A DNA stretch of 64,000 nt from a virus (taxonomy: Duplodnaviria > Caudoviricetes). The position numbers and the translations under genes were made by a program. The number at the start of each line of letters is the position of its first letter. The stretch's first letter is position 1. Below, in pieces: positions 18,946 through 28,248 of the stretch. The notes under the pieces were generated by a model. That model ran no database searches. It worked only from the letters and a program-made list of their open reading frames with translations, and was not told where the DNA came from. The stretch is from IMG/VR virus record IMGVR_UViG_2881966637_000002, positions 1 through 64,000 of that record; one strand, written 5' to 3'.

Positions 18946-21047
18946 GCGTATTGCCTGGTGTTGTTGGTATACGAGTTTCTATACCCCGGTAAGCGGATAA
19001 ACTCGTCGGCGTCCGGCGTCCGGGTATACGAATCGGGTTGGTCGGTATACCGGCCGAGCTGGATATATTCGCTGTAGCCGGCCAAGAGCTGTTCGCTTTC
19101 CTGTTCGGTAAACGAACGGTCCTTCGTGGCGTGTAGCAGGTAGAGTAAGCAGTGGAAGGCCGAGCCGATGTCGTCATTCTCCCCCGAGCCCCAGAGCAGC
19201 AGGCTTTCCAGCAGCGGCACCAGCGTGATGTGGTGATGGCGGTTGCTGGCTAAGTACTGATAGCCCAGAGCGGTGAGCTCGGTCTTGACCCCACCCTTCA
19301 CCTCGATACCGGGTGTATGGTCATTGATCCACCACAGCCGGTGCGACTGGTTCCGGTCGCGCAGCCAGTCGGGAAACGCGTCGGTGTTGTATTCGTAAAT
19401 GGTTTGCTGCACGTCGTAGAGCAGCATCCCTTTGTAAAACTCGTGGTAGGTCGCCTGCATGTCGGGCAGTTTGTCGTAGTACAGGGCGACGGGCATATCG
19501 TTGTTATCACCCAGCAACAGCGTCGGTTGCCGGTAGATGATCATGCAGTTGCGCGAGTCCCGCTTTTTAAGTTTTTGACCCGGCTTGGCTTTTTTGTACA
19601 CGTCGTCAATCGCGCCGACGTGCAGGTTCGGAATTTTGTGGTTGGGTAAACCCGCCTGGTTGATCCGCCAAGGGCCGCGAAGCTTCTCCGGCGTACCGGG
19701 GGCGTCGGGAATGAACTCCACCTTTTTGTTATCAGACCCCCGGATGTACTCAATTTTGCCGCTCATCCACAACTGATCGAAACCGTGGGACGTCACGTAG
19801 CCGATCTGCGACTTGATCTTAAGCTGATCATAGGCAAAGGAGGCCGAGGGCTCGAACGCTTCCTGCGGGGTCAGCGGGTTCTCGACCAGTTCTTTGGCAT
19901 ACTTCTCGCCCGACCCCTCACTTTGTTTGCGCAGGGCCATGATATGCGCCAGTGCGTCGTCCACCCGACTACGACCGGTACGTTCATCAATGAACCCTAA
20001 CAACGCTTTGGTTTTGGGCGTGAAGTGGCTTTTCGCCTTATAGGCTTCGGGGTTGAAAAAGATCGTTTTGTAGTTGGAGGATTTGTTGATTACGGCGTTG
20101 GACGTGCCGCCAATCACCATCATACCCCATTTAAGGTCACCACCTTCCAGACAGTCCTTGTTCTCGACGTAGAAGTTATCCAGGCTATCCCCGGTCCAGA
20201 GCCCGGCTTCCACCGCCGTCAGCTTGGTTAGTCGCATCGACTTGAACACGCCGGCACTGGCCTCGTTGGGCACGAGCCGATACTGTATCCAGTTGTGAAC
20301 GATGTAGGACGAACGGCCCGTGAAATAGCCCACGGCAAAGTCGTCCTGATTCTCGACCACGACTTCTAAAGCCCGCCCGTTCCAGGTTTTGAAAAACGGG
20401 TGGATGTGCTCGGTATACAGTGTTTTGAACCAGCCGCGTTCGGCCAGTTTCGGCTTCTCGGTGGGGTAGCCTCTACCAATGTAGCGTTCCCGACCGGCCA
20501 TGAAAATGAAGTGGTAGCTGTCCACGCCCAGAAATTCCATCTGCGTATAGCCGATGGTCCGGGGTTTGGCAAACACCGAGTTCTTCGCGTTGATACTGGC
20601 CCCGCCCGCCAAATCGCGGTAGCGGTTGCGCCACATCATCGACATGATCTCGTCGTCGTTGTCCCGGTAGAACGGCGCGTCCCAGCCCGTTATTTCTTTG
20701 GTCTGGTTATCCTGACGCGGGATCTTGACGAAGTTCAGGTACCAGTAGTGGTAGCCGCAGATGTATTTGCCGGTTACGGGCTCGGTCCACCCTTTCTTGA
20801 TCCGGGTCAACTGCTCTTTCCACCAGGCCCACGACTTGTCGCCCCTGGTCTTGGGCGCGTCGGGAATACGCTGTTGCAGGACCGGCCGGTAGAGGATCTG
20901 CACCGACTCGTGCAGGTGACTGATCTCGGGCGACGGGGTGCCGGCGTCAAGGGTCTGGACAGGGACCGGGGTATGAAGCGTCGAAGCCGACACCGCCAGG
21001 GCGGTAGCGGCTACCAATGCTTTTTTAACAAATCCCTTTTTGTCCAC
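18942..21047 (-). CDS. terL: Terminase large subunit
   Basis: WKEQ..R...G....G.YI.G.HYWYLNF N-terminal motif, Walker A-like FAKPRTIGYT, Walker B LTAVEAG, IGGTS, ENPLTPQEAF, and RNase H-like HVGAIDD ... YEYN ... ENDD. Matches crAss-like/flavobacterial TerL. Confidence 0.88.
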   Translation of the reverse strand: MDKKGFVKKALVAATALAVSASTLHTPVPVQTLDAGTPSPEISHLHESVQILYRPVLQQRIPDAPKTRGDKSWAWWKEQLTRIKKGWTEPVTGKYICGYHYWYLNFVKIPRQDNQTKEITGWDAPFYRDNDDEIMSMMWRNRYRDLAGGASINAKNSVFAKPRTIGYTQMEFLGVDSYHFIFMAGRERYIGRGYPTEKPKLAERGWFKTLYTEHIHPFFKTWNGRALEVVVENQDDFAVGYFTGRSSYIVHNWIQYRLVPNEASAGVFKSMRLTKLTAVEAGLWTGDSLDNFYVENKDCLEGGDLKWGMMVIGGTSNAVINKSSNYKTIFFNPEAYKAKSHFTPKTKALLGFIDERTGRSRVDDALAHIMALRKQSEGSGEKYAKELVENPLTPQEAFEPSASFAYDQLKIKSQIGYVTSHGFDQLWMSGKIEYIRGSDNKKVEFIPDAPGTPEKLRGPWRINQAGLPNHKIPNLHVGAIDDVYKKAKPGQKLKKRDSRNCMIIYRQPTLLLGDNNDMPVALYYDKLPDMQATYHEFYKGMLLYDVQQTIYEYNTDAFPDWLRDRNQSHRLWWINDHTPGIEVKGGVKTELTALGYQYLASNRHHHITLVPLLESLLLWGSGENDDIGSAFHCLLYLLHATKDRSFTEQESEQLLAGYSEYIQLGRYTDQPDSYTRTPDADEFIRLPGYRNSYTNNTRQYA

Positions 21048-21355
21048 TATACCTGGGTGTCTGAGTAGTTACGCCATTCGTTCCGGTTCATCATCACCGG
21101 GTAACAGGGGGGCGATTTGGCACACGATTTATCAGCAAAAAACAGCTCCGGCGTCCGGCAGTGACAGACCAGACATTCCCCGTTTTGGTAGCAGGGTTCG
21201 GCGCGTTTCTTGCGCCACTCGTACTGGGTACGAATGTGCGGCCGGATCAGGGCCGGGCAACGCTGGTACAGCCAGTAGCGGATTTCTCCCTGCCAGTAGT
21301 ACCACGCGTCGCCCGGCTTATGCCAGAGGTGCCGTATCGTTTGCCGAAACGTCAC
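21047..21355 (-). CDS. Cys-rich (Zn-binding?) conserved phage protein
   Basis: QG.IRY, C..NGEC..C.C..P.LFFADKSC...CYP.MM...W. Confidence 0.65.
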   Translation of the reverse strand: MTFRQTIRHLWHKPGDAWYYWQGEIRYWLYQRCPALIRPHIRTQYEWRKKRAEPCYQNGECLVCHCRTPELFFADKSCAKSPPCYPVMMNRNEWRNYSDTQV

Positions 21356-22485
21356 TATACGGGGGTTGAGCTGCCTTTCTTGAACTGATCACCGCTGTCC
21401 GTTACCGCCGTAGGAGCCGTGGACGACGCCGTGGTGATGGTGTACGTAGACTTCGTGCCGTCGTAGCTGGTGCGCCACAGCCCGATAATCGCGGGGTACG
21501 CCGTTTTGGTCGCGGCATGAGCCGCAGCGTCACCCGCGTCCTGGCGCACCAGGGTATAGGTGTACTGGGGGCTATCAGCGCACTCATCACCCACCAGCTT
21601 GGCGATATAGCCCTGTGCCAGGTTACCCGAGGCCGGCCCTTTCAAAATGTTCTTCAGCGCGGTGAGGGCCGCATTGCCGTTTGTGTTGTCCGCGAAGCAA
21701 ACCGCGATGTTCTGATACACCTCATGCGGGCTCTGGGTGGCCTGGTTGGGGTTGGAGGTCACGGACCCTTTCACCTCGCCCGGAAACTTCACGGTCGTGA
21801 AGATCTCCACCACTTTGATCGCGTCGGTAGCTGTGCTCTCGGTGTCGGTAAACCACGCCCCGATCAGCGCACGAGTGTAGCCGCCCGTTGAGCCGGGGAC
21901 GACCAGGAATGGGCCGGTGAAGCCGTTTTGGCTCACGACGCGAAACCGTTGGCCGGCGTACTTGGTGGTGATGTGCAGAAACTTCTCACTGCCATCGGTC
22001 ACGACAGCGGCCGAGCCCAGGTGAGGGTACAAATCGTTGAACCGTTTAGCGGCTTCGGTCAGCTTCTGCTCCACGGTGTCGTACACACCCTGGCGGTAGT
22101 AAAGCAACAGCGGGATTTCTTCGTCGTACTCAAAGGTATTCTCGCAGGAGAACACGGGTTTGAGCCGCAGCGACAAATCGCCGGGTCCAGCCGTGGTGCC
22201 GAAGCGAAGAACCTGTTGGGTCGCGGCATTGGCGCAGCGCAGCTTGACGCCCGCACCCCCGGTCAGGATGTTGGCATAAACCGTTTTGAAGTCGCTCCCG
22301 CTCCCAATCACGCCGATGCCTTGCGAGGGCCGGTTGGTTTTGGCTCCGGCAAACACAATGTTGCCCCGATCCAGGAGGGGAACGGCGGTGGTGGTCCCGT
22401 CGTAAAAAACCGCTACGTCAGGGGTGGGCCGGCAGTCGATGGTAACAACCGCTTCCTGCGCCGGGAAAATCGTGTTTTGTGACAT
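21355..22485 (-). CDS. Probable auxiliary capsid/structural protein
   Basis: 376 aa, T/A/G-rich, downstream of the MCP where crAss-like auxiliary capsid proteins lie (inference). Confidence 0.5.
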   Translation of the reverse strand: MSQNTIFPAQEAVVTIDCRPTPDVAVFYDGTTTAVPLLDRGNIVFAGAKTNRPSQGIGVIGSGSDFKTVYANILTGGAGVKLRCANAATQQVLRFGTTAGPGDLSLRLKPVFSCENTFEYDEEIPLLLYYRQGVYDTVEQKLTEAAKRFNDLYPHLGSAAVVTDGSEKFLHITTKYAGQRFRVVSQNGFTGPFLVVPGSTGGYTRALIGAWFTDTESTATDAIKVVEIFTTVKFPGEVKGSVTSNPNQATQSPHEVYQNIAVCFADNTNGNAALTALKNILKGPASGNLAQGYIAKLVGDECADSPQYTYTLVRQDAGDAAAHAATKTAYPAIIGLWRTSYDGTKSTYTITTASSTAPTAVTDSGDQFKKGSSTPV

Positions 22486-22503
22486 TGTAAAGGTGTTTTG
22501 GAA

Positions 22504-23124
22504 TTAAACGTTCTCAGCGGGTATCTCCCGGCCGGTGACAGCCGCGTACCGGTTCACGTCGCCGGTCGCCAGGTCTGCTTTAGCCAGCACCCGCAGTAAA
22601 ATTTCATCAACAGCAAACTTGCTTTCAGCGAGTTCCGAGGCAAACACCGAGGTAAACACCGGTTCGTCCAGATCCTGCCAGTACGTGACACGTATTACGG
22701 TGGGTACGGTTTTCGACAGAATAGATAGCCGGTCGCCTTCTTCCCGGTACCGGGGAAACCAGTCGTCGGGTCGCTTGGTCGGGTCGGTCATCACGGTGCT
22801 GAACTGATCGTCGGTGACCGGGGGGCAGGGCCGGTTGCTCAGCTTTTTGCCGTTCAGGTCGAAGTCCGGCGATACGGCCCGAATGAACGAGAACTCACCC
22901 AGGCCCAACAGAACAAACGTAGCCGTGTTGCGAACAACTTCCTCTTTCCAGAAGGCTGCTGTCAGCCGCCGTACATATTCCGAATCCGGTTGCGACGCCT
23001 TATCCCGGAGCCAGGCCCGGCGCGAGACAATATACTGCCTGACAAACATTGGTGGGGACAAATACGCCCCGTCCTGTTCGTCGGCCATTTGCTGATACAG
23101 CTTGTAAGCGTCGCCAATCGTCAT
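22504..23124 (-). CDS. Probable tail ring / head-tail connector protein
   Basis: 206 aa, MTI..AY..Y....D....YLSP and I.VTY...P motifs. Size and position match crAss-like ring proteins. Confidence 0.55.
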   Translation of the reverse strand: MTIGDAYKLYQQMADEQDGAYLSPPMFVRQYIVSRRAWLRDKASQPDSEYVRRLTAAFWKEEVVRNTATFVLLGLGEFSFIRAVSPDFDLNGKKLSNRPCPPVTDDQFSTVMTDPTKRPDDWFPRYREEGDRLSILSKTVPTVIRVTYWQDLDEPVFTSVFASELAESKFAVDEILLRVLAKADLATGDVNRYAAVTGREIPAENV

Positions 23125-24149
23125 TATGCGTATTCTTCGAGCGTGAGCCGCACCTGTTCGTTTGCCTTCAGGTAATCCACGATGCTTTCCTTAGAACTAA
23201 ATTCTTCGGTCAGCTCCGGGCTGGTAAACTTGCCGTCCGCTTCCAGGATCAGCCCGCCCGCGATCAGTTTGTCAACCAGGCCGGTAAGCCGCGCCTGTTC
23301 GCGTTTGGCCACGGTCGCGGTATCAACCTGACCGGTGCTGGTCACCGGCAACTCGTCCACATCTTCACCCAGGCTGCCGGCCAGTCTGACCAGCTCCGAA
23401 GATTCGATCTGGAACGCGGTCGGCCGCTCTTTGCCTTCGGCCGGCTCCTGAAACCGCTCCTGCAAGTACTCGCGCAGCGGAGCGTCGTTCTGAAGCACAT
23501 GCAGCATCTTGCTCTCGCTCACGGCCAGCACCTTGACCTCTCCACCCTTCCGTAAGCTGTAGTCCTCCCCTACTTTCAGGATCAGACCCCGCTCAATAGA
23601 CAGGTCGAGCATAGCCCGCGTCTCAAAATAGTCGTCGTCAAACACCCATCTTTCGCCCTTACGGAACGGCGCGATGTCCTGCTTCGCTTTCTGGCTCAAC
23701 GCCACGGCCATCGTCCGGACCGGAATACCGGAAGCCGGGCCGATCACGCGCCGGTACAGCTTGCGCAGCCACTCCTCGTCGTCCTGGTGTTTGGTGATCA
23801 GCAGCCGCAGTTCCAGCTCCAGCCCTTCCTGCTCCATTGCCTGAAGTGAATCCACCTCCGGATTTTTGAGCACGATCCGCTCTTTGAGCGTGGCGTGATC
23901 GGGAAGTGCCATGAGCAACGACAGCAAATTGTAGTTCGCTTTCTGAACCGGATCTTCCAGATCAAAGGTGCGTTGACCCCGGATCACCAACCGCTCGGGT
24001 TCTCCGAGTTCGTTGCGAAACACGAACCGTTTAACGCCCTGGCCCTTGACCATGATTTTACGCTCAGCGGGCAAGTTGATCATGGCTTCGGGGCCGGGGG
24101 CTCCGTCCGTAAGACCAGAGTTAGATTTTATTTGTGCGACAGCTATCAT
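23124..24149 (-). CDS. Conserved protein downstream of MCP
   Basis: 341 aa with FDLEDP.Q...Y.LL motif, reminiscent of the gene after the MCP in related Bacteroidota phages. Confidence 0.55.
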   Translation of the reverse strand: MIAVAQIKSNSGLTDGAPGPEAMINLPAERKIMVKGQGVKRFVFRNELGEPERLVIRGQRTFDLEDPVQKANYNLLSLLMALPDHATLKERIVLKNPEVDSLQAMEQEGLELELRLLITKHQDDEEWLRKLYRRVIGPASGIPVRTMAVALSQKAKQDIAPFRKGERWVFDDDYFETRAMLDLSIERGLILKVGEDYSLRKGGEVKVLAVSESKMLHVLQNDAPLREYLQERFQEPAEGKERPTAFQIESSELVRLAGSLGEDVDELPVTSTGQVDTATVAKREQARLTGLVDKLIAGGLILEADGKFTSPELTEEFSSKESIVDYLKANEQVRLTLEEYA

Positions 24150-24178
24150 TGAGTGATGGTATTAATACGTTTTTTACC

Positions 24179-25765
24179 TTATACGATTTCGATAACCGAC
24201 ATCATATCGGTATCCATATCCGGGCAGATTTGGGACAGGATGTGCATTTCGTCCATGTCGGCGGTAGACGACAGGTTGTAGCGTTCGTTGTCCAGCATCC
24301 GGCGCAGCCCGTCCTCCTGCATCGCGGCTAGTGCCTGACCGGTCATACCGCCGTTGGCTCCGGTGATCCCACGGGTCGTGCCCAGTACAAAGCCCCGGCT
24401 GATACCGTTTCCTTCTTTGTGGTAGATCGTGGCGGGCAACTTACGGTCCATGCCTTGACCTACCGCGATTGGTTGCAGGTAGATCCGGTTCGAGCGGGGC
24501 GAGTAACCAACGTTGTTGTAGTTGATCATTGTGAACTCGGCCCCCCACTGGTTCAGCGCGTAGCCGATGTCCATGATGGTGATGCTGCCATCCGGTGTTA
24601 CGTACTCGTCAAAATCAAACCCAAAGGTTCCTTTGCCGAGTTTGTTGTTCTCGTCAACCTCAATTTGAATATTGTAGCCAATTTGCTTAATGGCTTCACC
24701 AAAGACGGCTTTCAAATACTGGCGACCCATGCCCATGCAGTACGCGATGTAGCGTTTGCCCGACCCCAGTTCGTTGCGTTTGAAGCTGAGAATATCTTGC
24801 AGCAGCTTCACACCTTCGGATAGCGGGGCTTTCTGGTACGCCTGCCAGATATAAGGGGCTTGATCCCACTGCTGGAACAGACCGGCGTAGCTCGGCCGCT
24901 CGGGGTAGCGGGTGGTGTTGGCCCGGTTCGCGATCCGGCGCGTTTTAATGTCGAAGTTGGCCCGAGAAAACAGCAGGTCGTGGTCGATAGCGGCCAGCAC
25001 CTTTTTCGCACCCCGCAGCGGCAGGTCGGTGACGTATTCCACCTCACGTTCTTCGGAGCCGTCCATTGCTTCGGTACCGGTGAACTTGAACGTTTCGTCC
25101 GCCATCGCATTACCGGTGCGCGGAATAACGTAGCGCAGTACGGGTAACACGTTGAGCCGGTCCGTGTAGCGTTCGTCGTCGTCCACCAGCGTGTTACCGG
25201 TCAGACTACCCTCGCCCACCGAGTTACCAAAGCCGTAGTTAATCGGGCTATCAATGGATATGATCGAACCCGATATGGTAGATTTCTCCGGTTGATCAAT
25301 GAGCTGGTACGTGTAGTCAAAGTTGCGGCCGTCCGCGCTGGGTCGGTACGAGGTTACCATGAGCTGCGTAACCATATCCTTCAGCATAACCTTCTCGCCC
25401 GCTTCCCCAATGAACTTGTCCTGGGTGAGCTCAAAGTTGTGCCCCGCGATCAGTACATCGGGTACGCGACTGGCGTCCACGACACGGGCGGGTACCATGT
25501 GCTCGCGATACTTACGCGAACGAATGTATTCAGCACCCACGGCACGGTGCATGATGTCGAACTGTTTCCCCTGCTCCTCGGTGCCCAACATCCGGCCACC
25601 CAGGTTGCTGAAGAAGTTGAACATCGACATCGGGTTCAACGACTTGCTGACAGAGGTAACGATCTCTTTGTGAAACAGCAGATCGTTCCGGCGCGGCATG
25701 TCGTCCGCAATGCGTTTGCCAACGCGCGACGTGCGGGTTAATTTGAAGGGGTTTACCTGTGGCAT
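24179..25765 (-). CDS. Major capsid protein
   Basis: 528 aa directly after an acidic scaffold-like gene. GEGS, DLLF.R and AGLFQQ motifs resemble crAss-like HK97-fold MCP. Confidence 0.72.
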   Translation of the reverse strand: MPQVNPFKLTRTSRVGKRIADDMPRRNDLLFHKEIVTSVSKSLNPMSMFNFFSNLGGRMLGTEEQGKQFDIMHRAVGAEYIRSRKYREHMVPARVVDASRVPDVLIAGHNFELTQDKFIGEAGEKVMLKDMVTQLMVTSYRPSADGRNFDYTYQLIDQPEKSTISGSIISIDSPINYGFGNSVGEGSLTGNTLVDDDERYTDRLNVLPVLRYVIPRTGNAMADETFKFTGTEAMDGSEEREVEYVTDLPLRGAKKVLAAIDHDLLFSRANFDIKTRRIANRANTTRYPERPSYAGLFQQWDQAPYIWQAYQKAPLSEGVKLLQDILSFKRNELGSGKRYIAYCMGMGRQYLKAVFGEAIKQIGYNIQIEVDENNKLGKGTFGFDFDEYVTPDGSITIMDIGYALNQWGAEFTMINYNNVGYSPRSNRIYLQPIAVGQGMDRKLPATIYHKEGNGISRGFVLGTTRGITGANGGMTGQALAAMQEDGLRRMLDNERYNLSSTADMDEMHILSQICPDMDTDMMSVIEIV

Positions 25766-25794
25766 TTTCGTGGGTGTTTGTCGTTAGTAATGGG

Positions 25795-26712
25795 CTAGTT
25801 TCGGGTCAGTGCCTTCGCCAGCCGGGCTTTCCCGCCTTTTTCCGCACCCAGATCGTAGTGCAGCTTGGCGAAATATTTAGTGCGCAGGTGCGGGTTAAGC
25901 ACGGTTGCGATCAGCGTCATATCTTCTTTGGACAGGTTCTCCAGTGCCTTGTCCAGTTCGCCGTTCAGAATGAAATCCTGTACGAACGTGGCGTCCTCCG
26001 CTTCGTAATCGTGACCGAAGGGTTTGTAGCCGGCGATGAACTCGCGCAGCTCTTTGCGGTCCGAAGCCGTTTTGTCAGCGGCCTCACGGGCTTTCTGCCG
26101 GGCCTGTTCCTCGACCGACTCCAGCCACTGTTTCGCGTCGCTGCGCAGGGTGGCCGCGTAGCGTTTGCCGTCCTCGTTGAGCACGTCGTCCTCCACGTAT
26201 TCGGCCATTTTCTGATCGAAGCCGCGTTCGGTAAAGCCGCGTCCCAGCATATTCCGGACGTTGGCCTCTACCAGTAGTTTGTCGTCCGCCAGTCTGGTGT
26301 CGTCGTTATCGTACTGACGCGACAGGAACTCGCGGTAGTCCCGGTAGCCGGGCGTGTTGGCGAGCATATGTTCTACGTGGCTGGCAGCGGTGAGATCGGC
26401 GTAAAACTTTTCGGCGTCGATCACTTCCCCCTCCTTCACGCTCTGCTCCCCGAATTGCTCTTTGTACAAGGCCGCCCAGTCCGGAGCCTGTAGTTCAGTT
26501 TTGTCCGGCAGCGTCAGGTACTCGGGTGTCTCGGGCGTCTCGGTGCTAACGGACGGGCCGGTAACGGGTTGAGCCGCCACTTTCTGCAACGCGGTTTTAT
26601 CCGCGTCTGACAAAGACGGGGTGTCGAGTACCGTTTCCTGTTCGGCAGGCGTGATACCGGCGTCGGCCAGGAAAGCGGCTTGTTGCTGGGCGGGGGTGAT
26701 GAAATCGCTCAT
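25795..26712 (-). CDS. Probable capsid scaffolding protein
   Basis: Acidic, helical, coiled-coil 305 aa immediately upstream of the MCP. Confidence 0.55.
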   Translation of the reverse strand: MSDFITPAQQQAAFLADAGITPAEQETVLDTPSLSDADKTALQKVAAQPVTGPSVSTETPETPEYLTLPDKTELQAPDWAALYKEQFGEQSVKEGEVIDAEKFYADLTAASHVEHMLANTPGYRDYREFLSRQYDNDDTRLADDKLLVEANVRNMLGRGFTERGFDQKMAEYVEDDVLNEDGKRYAATLRSDAKQWLESVEEQARQKAREAADKTASDRKELREFIAGYKPFGHDYEAEDATFVQDFILNGELDKALENLSKEDMTLIATVLNPHLRTKYFAKLHYDLGAEKGGKARLAKALTRN

Positions 26713-26798
26713 AAACGGGCAGAAGTCGTAGTTGGGATATGGTTTCTAACAGCGACAAAAAAACATGGTATAAATATGGTATTTAGCATAAATTGAAC

Positions 26799-26806
26799 TA
26801 CATTTG
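26799..26806 (+). promoter_or_regulatory. Bacteroidota primary-sigma -7 element (TACATTTG)
   Basis: Exact TAnnTTTG in an AT-rich divergent intergenic region, 27 nt upstream of the ORF at 26834. Confidence 0.65.
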
Positions 26807-26833
26807 TCCAGCAGTTAATAGTGTTTACGAAAA

Positions 26834-27328
26834 ATGAACGGAACCGACATAGAGCGACGGGTGGCCGAGCTCGAATCCACGGTGGAAAGCTTCTTCTGGC
26901 AGTTCCAGACCGAGCATCTGGACCGGTGTACGCTGACAAGAGCCATCCGCGAAACGATACTCGACTACTTCAAAATCAGCTTGCAGGAATTGACCGGAGC
27001 GGGTCAGATCGGAACGGGTAAAGGTGGCGGCTACGCGATTCGCACCAAGTCGGCTTACGACTTGCGGATGATGCTGGTCAGGGAGTGGACGGTGCTGCTC
27101 ATGCGGCAGTGCTGCCAGATGGAGTGGGAGCCGTTGCGCCGGGTATACCCCTGGTGTTTTCAGACCACGTTCATGGGCGCGTACCACAAACTCAACGCGC
27201 TGTACGCCGACCCGAATCATCAGGACCACGAACTCTGGATCACGTTGCTGCGGGACGTACGGGAGCGGGCGCATCGGAACGGCATTGATACGCGGCCGGT
27301 AGACATGGAGATCAGTCGGGCGTCGTGA
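26834..27328 (+). CDS. Hypothetical protein
   Basis: 164 aa, ATG after A-rich leader, 4-nt overlap (GTGA) with the next gene. Confidence 0.65.
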   Translation: MNGTDIERRVAELESTVESFFWQFQTEHLDRCTLTRAIRETILDYFKISLQELTGAGQIGTGKGGGYAIRTKSAYDLRMMLVREWTVLLMRQCCQMEWEPLRRVYPWCFQTTFMGAYHKLNALYADPNHQDHELWITLLRDVRERAHRNGIDTRPVDMEISRAS

Positions 27329-27675
27329 ACATCATCACCACGATACCAAAGCATAAATATGCGTCGTACGCGGAGCTGGAGTACGTGCTGCGGCACACGG
27401 ACGGGGCGGAAGGCGGGTTCTGGCTGGTCAACACCAAGACATTACCCAAACAGTGTCGTGTAGGCGAACATTGCTACATGGTGTACGACGGACAGGTTAG
27501 GGGCTACTTCACTATCGTGGATATGGACTGGTCGGAGAACTACCGGAAGCTGCATCGGATTGGGAAGCGTCGAACCACGCGCTGCATTGTACTGGCCAAC
27601 TGGGTACCGATCCCGGCCCAGCCGCACGTCGGGTTTCAGGGCTATCGGTACACGGCGTTGAACCCGTTGAGTTGA
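27325..27675 (+). CDS. PUA/ASCH/EVE-like nucleic-acid-binding protein
   Basis: VGEHCYMVYDGQVRGYF.I and C-terminal GFQGYRY, typical of PUA-superfamily (DUF1489/ASCH-like) proteins. Confidence 0.55.
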   Translation: MNIITTIPKHKYASYAELEYVLRHTDGAEGGFWLVNTKTLPKQCRVGEHCYMVYDGQVRGYFTIVDMDWSENYRKLHRIGKRRTTRCIVLANWVPIPAQPHVGFQGYRYTALNPLS

Positions 27676-27806
27676 TAACGAAACTATCTGAATGAGAACG
27701 ATAGGTACCAGAGCGGATTGATCACCCGCCAGCCCGTGCCAGGGTCAAGCGATCTGCGGTCGGCACAGCCGCAGACGTCTCTCCGAACGTGTCGGGCCGA
27801 GCGCAG

Positions 27807-27833
27807 GCCGGGTGAAAAAGACCGGCGTTTTTT
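27807..27833 (+). terminator. Hairpin plus T-tract (terminator/attenuator-like)
   Basis: GCCGG-GTGAAAAAGA-CCGGC followed by GTTTTTT. Confidence 0.45.
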
Positions 27834-27854
27834 AACCCAATTAACAATCAAAAC

Positions 27855-28085
27855 ATGGAGCAGGAACTGACATTCGGCCAGAAAGCGGTCGGGCTTTTAT
27901 TTAACCCATCCGGCGACGATGCGGTGGGGCAGTGCAAACAAGGGTTTGCGGACTTGATTGATCAGATGAACAATCTGCGCCAGACCTCGACCAGTAACGA
28001 TCAGAAACGTCACGCCAGTGTCGCGATCACTGAGATGGAAGGTGCCCAAATGCGGGCGGTCAAGGCACTTACCTGGAACGATTGA
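27855..28085 (+). CDS. Acb2/Tad1-like helical-hairpin protein (candidate cyclic-nucleotide sponge)
   Basis: 76 aa with FNPSG, K..FADLID and R.AS.AIT..E.AQM.AVKA.T, similar to the C-terminal helix of Tad1/Acb2-type sponges. Confidence 0.65.
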   Translation: MEQELTFGQKAVGLLFNPSGDDAVGQCKQGFADLIDQMNNLRQTSTSNDQKRHASVAITEMEGAQMRAVKALTWND

Positions 28086-28166
28086 CGAAATAAAAGGCCG
28101 ATGACTCACGGGAGAGGCCACGAACGCGATTGAACCGTGTGACAGCCGGGAATAGACCGGCAACAT

Positions 28167-28248
28167 TGCGTAGAGGTGGATAGTGGTTAGCCACGACGCG
28201 GCATGTCTGCGTTCCGTAAGGTTGTGAGTTCGATTCTCACCTACGTAA
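28167..28248 (+). tRNA. tRNA-like element with non-canonical anticodon loop (possible pseudo-tRNA)
   Basis: Acceptor TGCGTAG/CTACGTA; D-stem GTGG/CCAC with TGG loop; anticodon stem ACGCG/TGCGT with loop GCATGTC; 11-nt variable region; T-arm GTGAG-TTCGATT-CTCAC. No encoded CCA. Confidence 0.7.

Noticed and set aside
27679-27705. Hammerhead-ribozyme-like GAAAC / CTGAATGA
   Set aside because: Core is CTGAATGA rather than CUGANGA, and the required stems around the core could not be formed.
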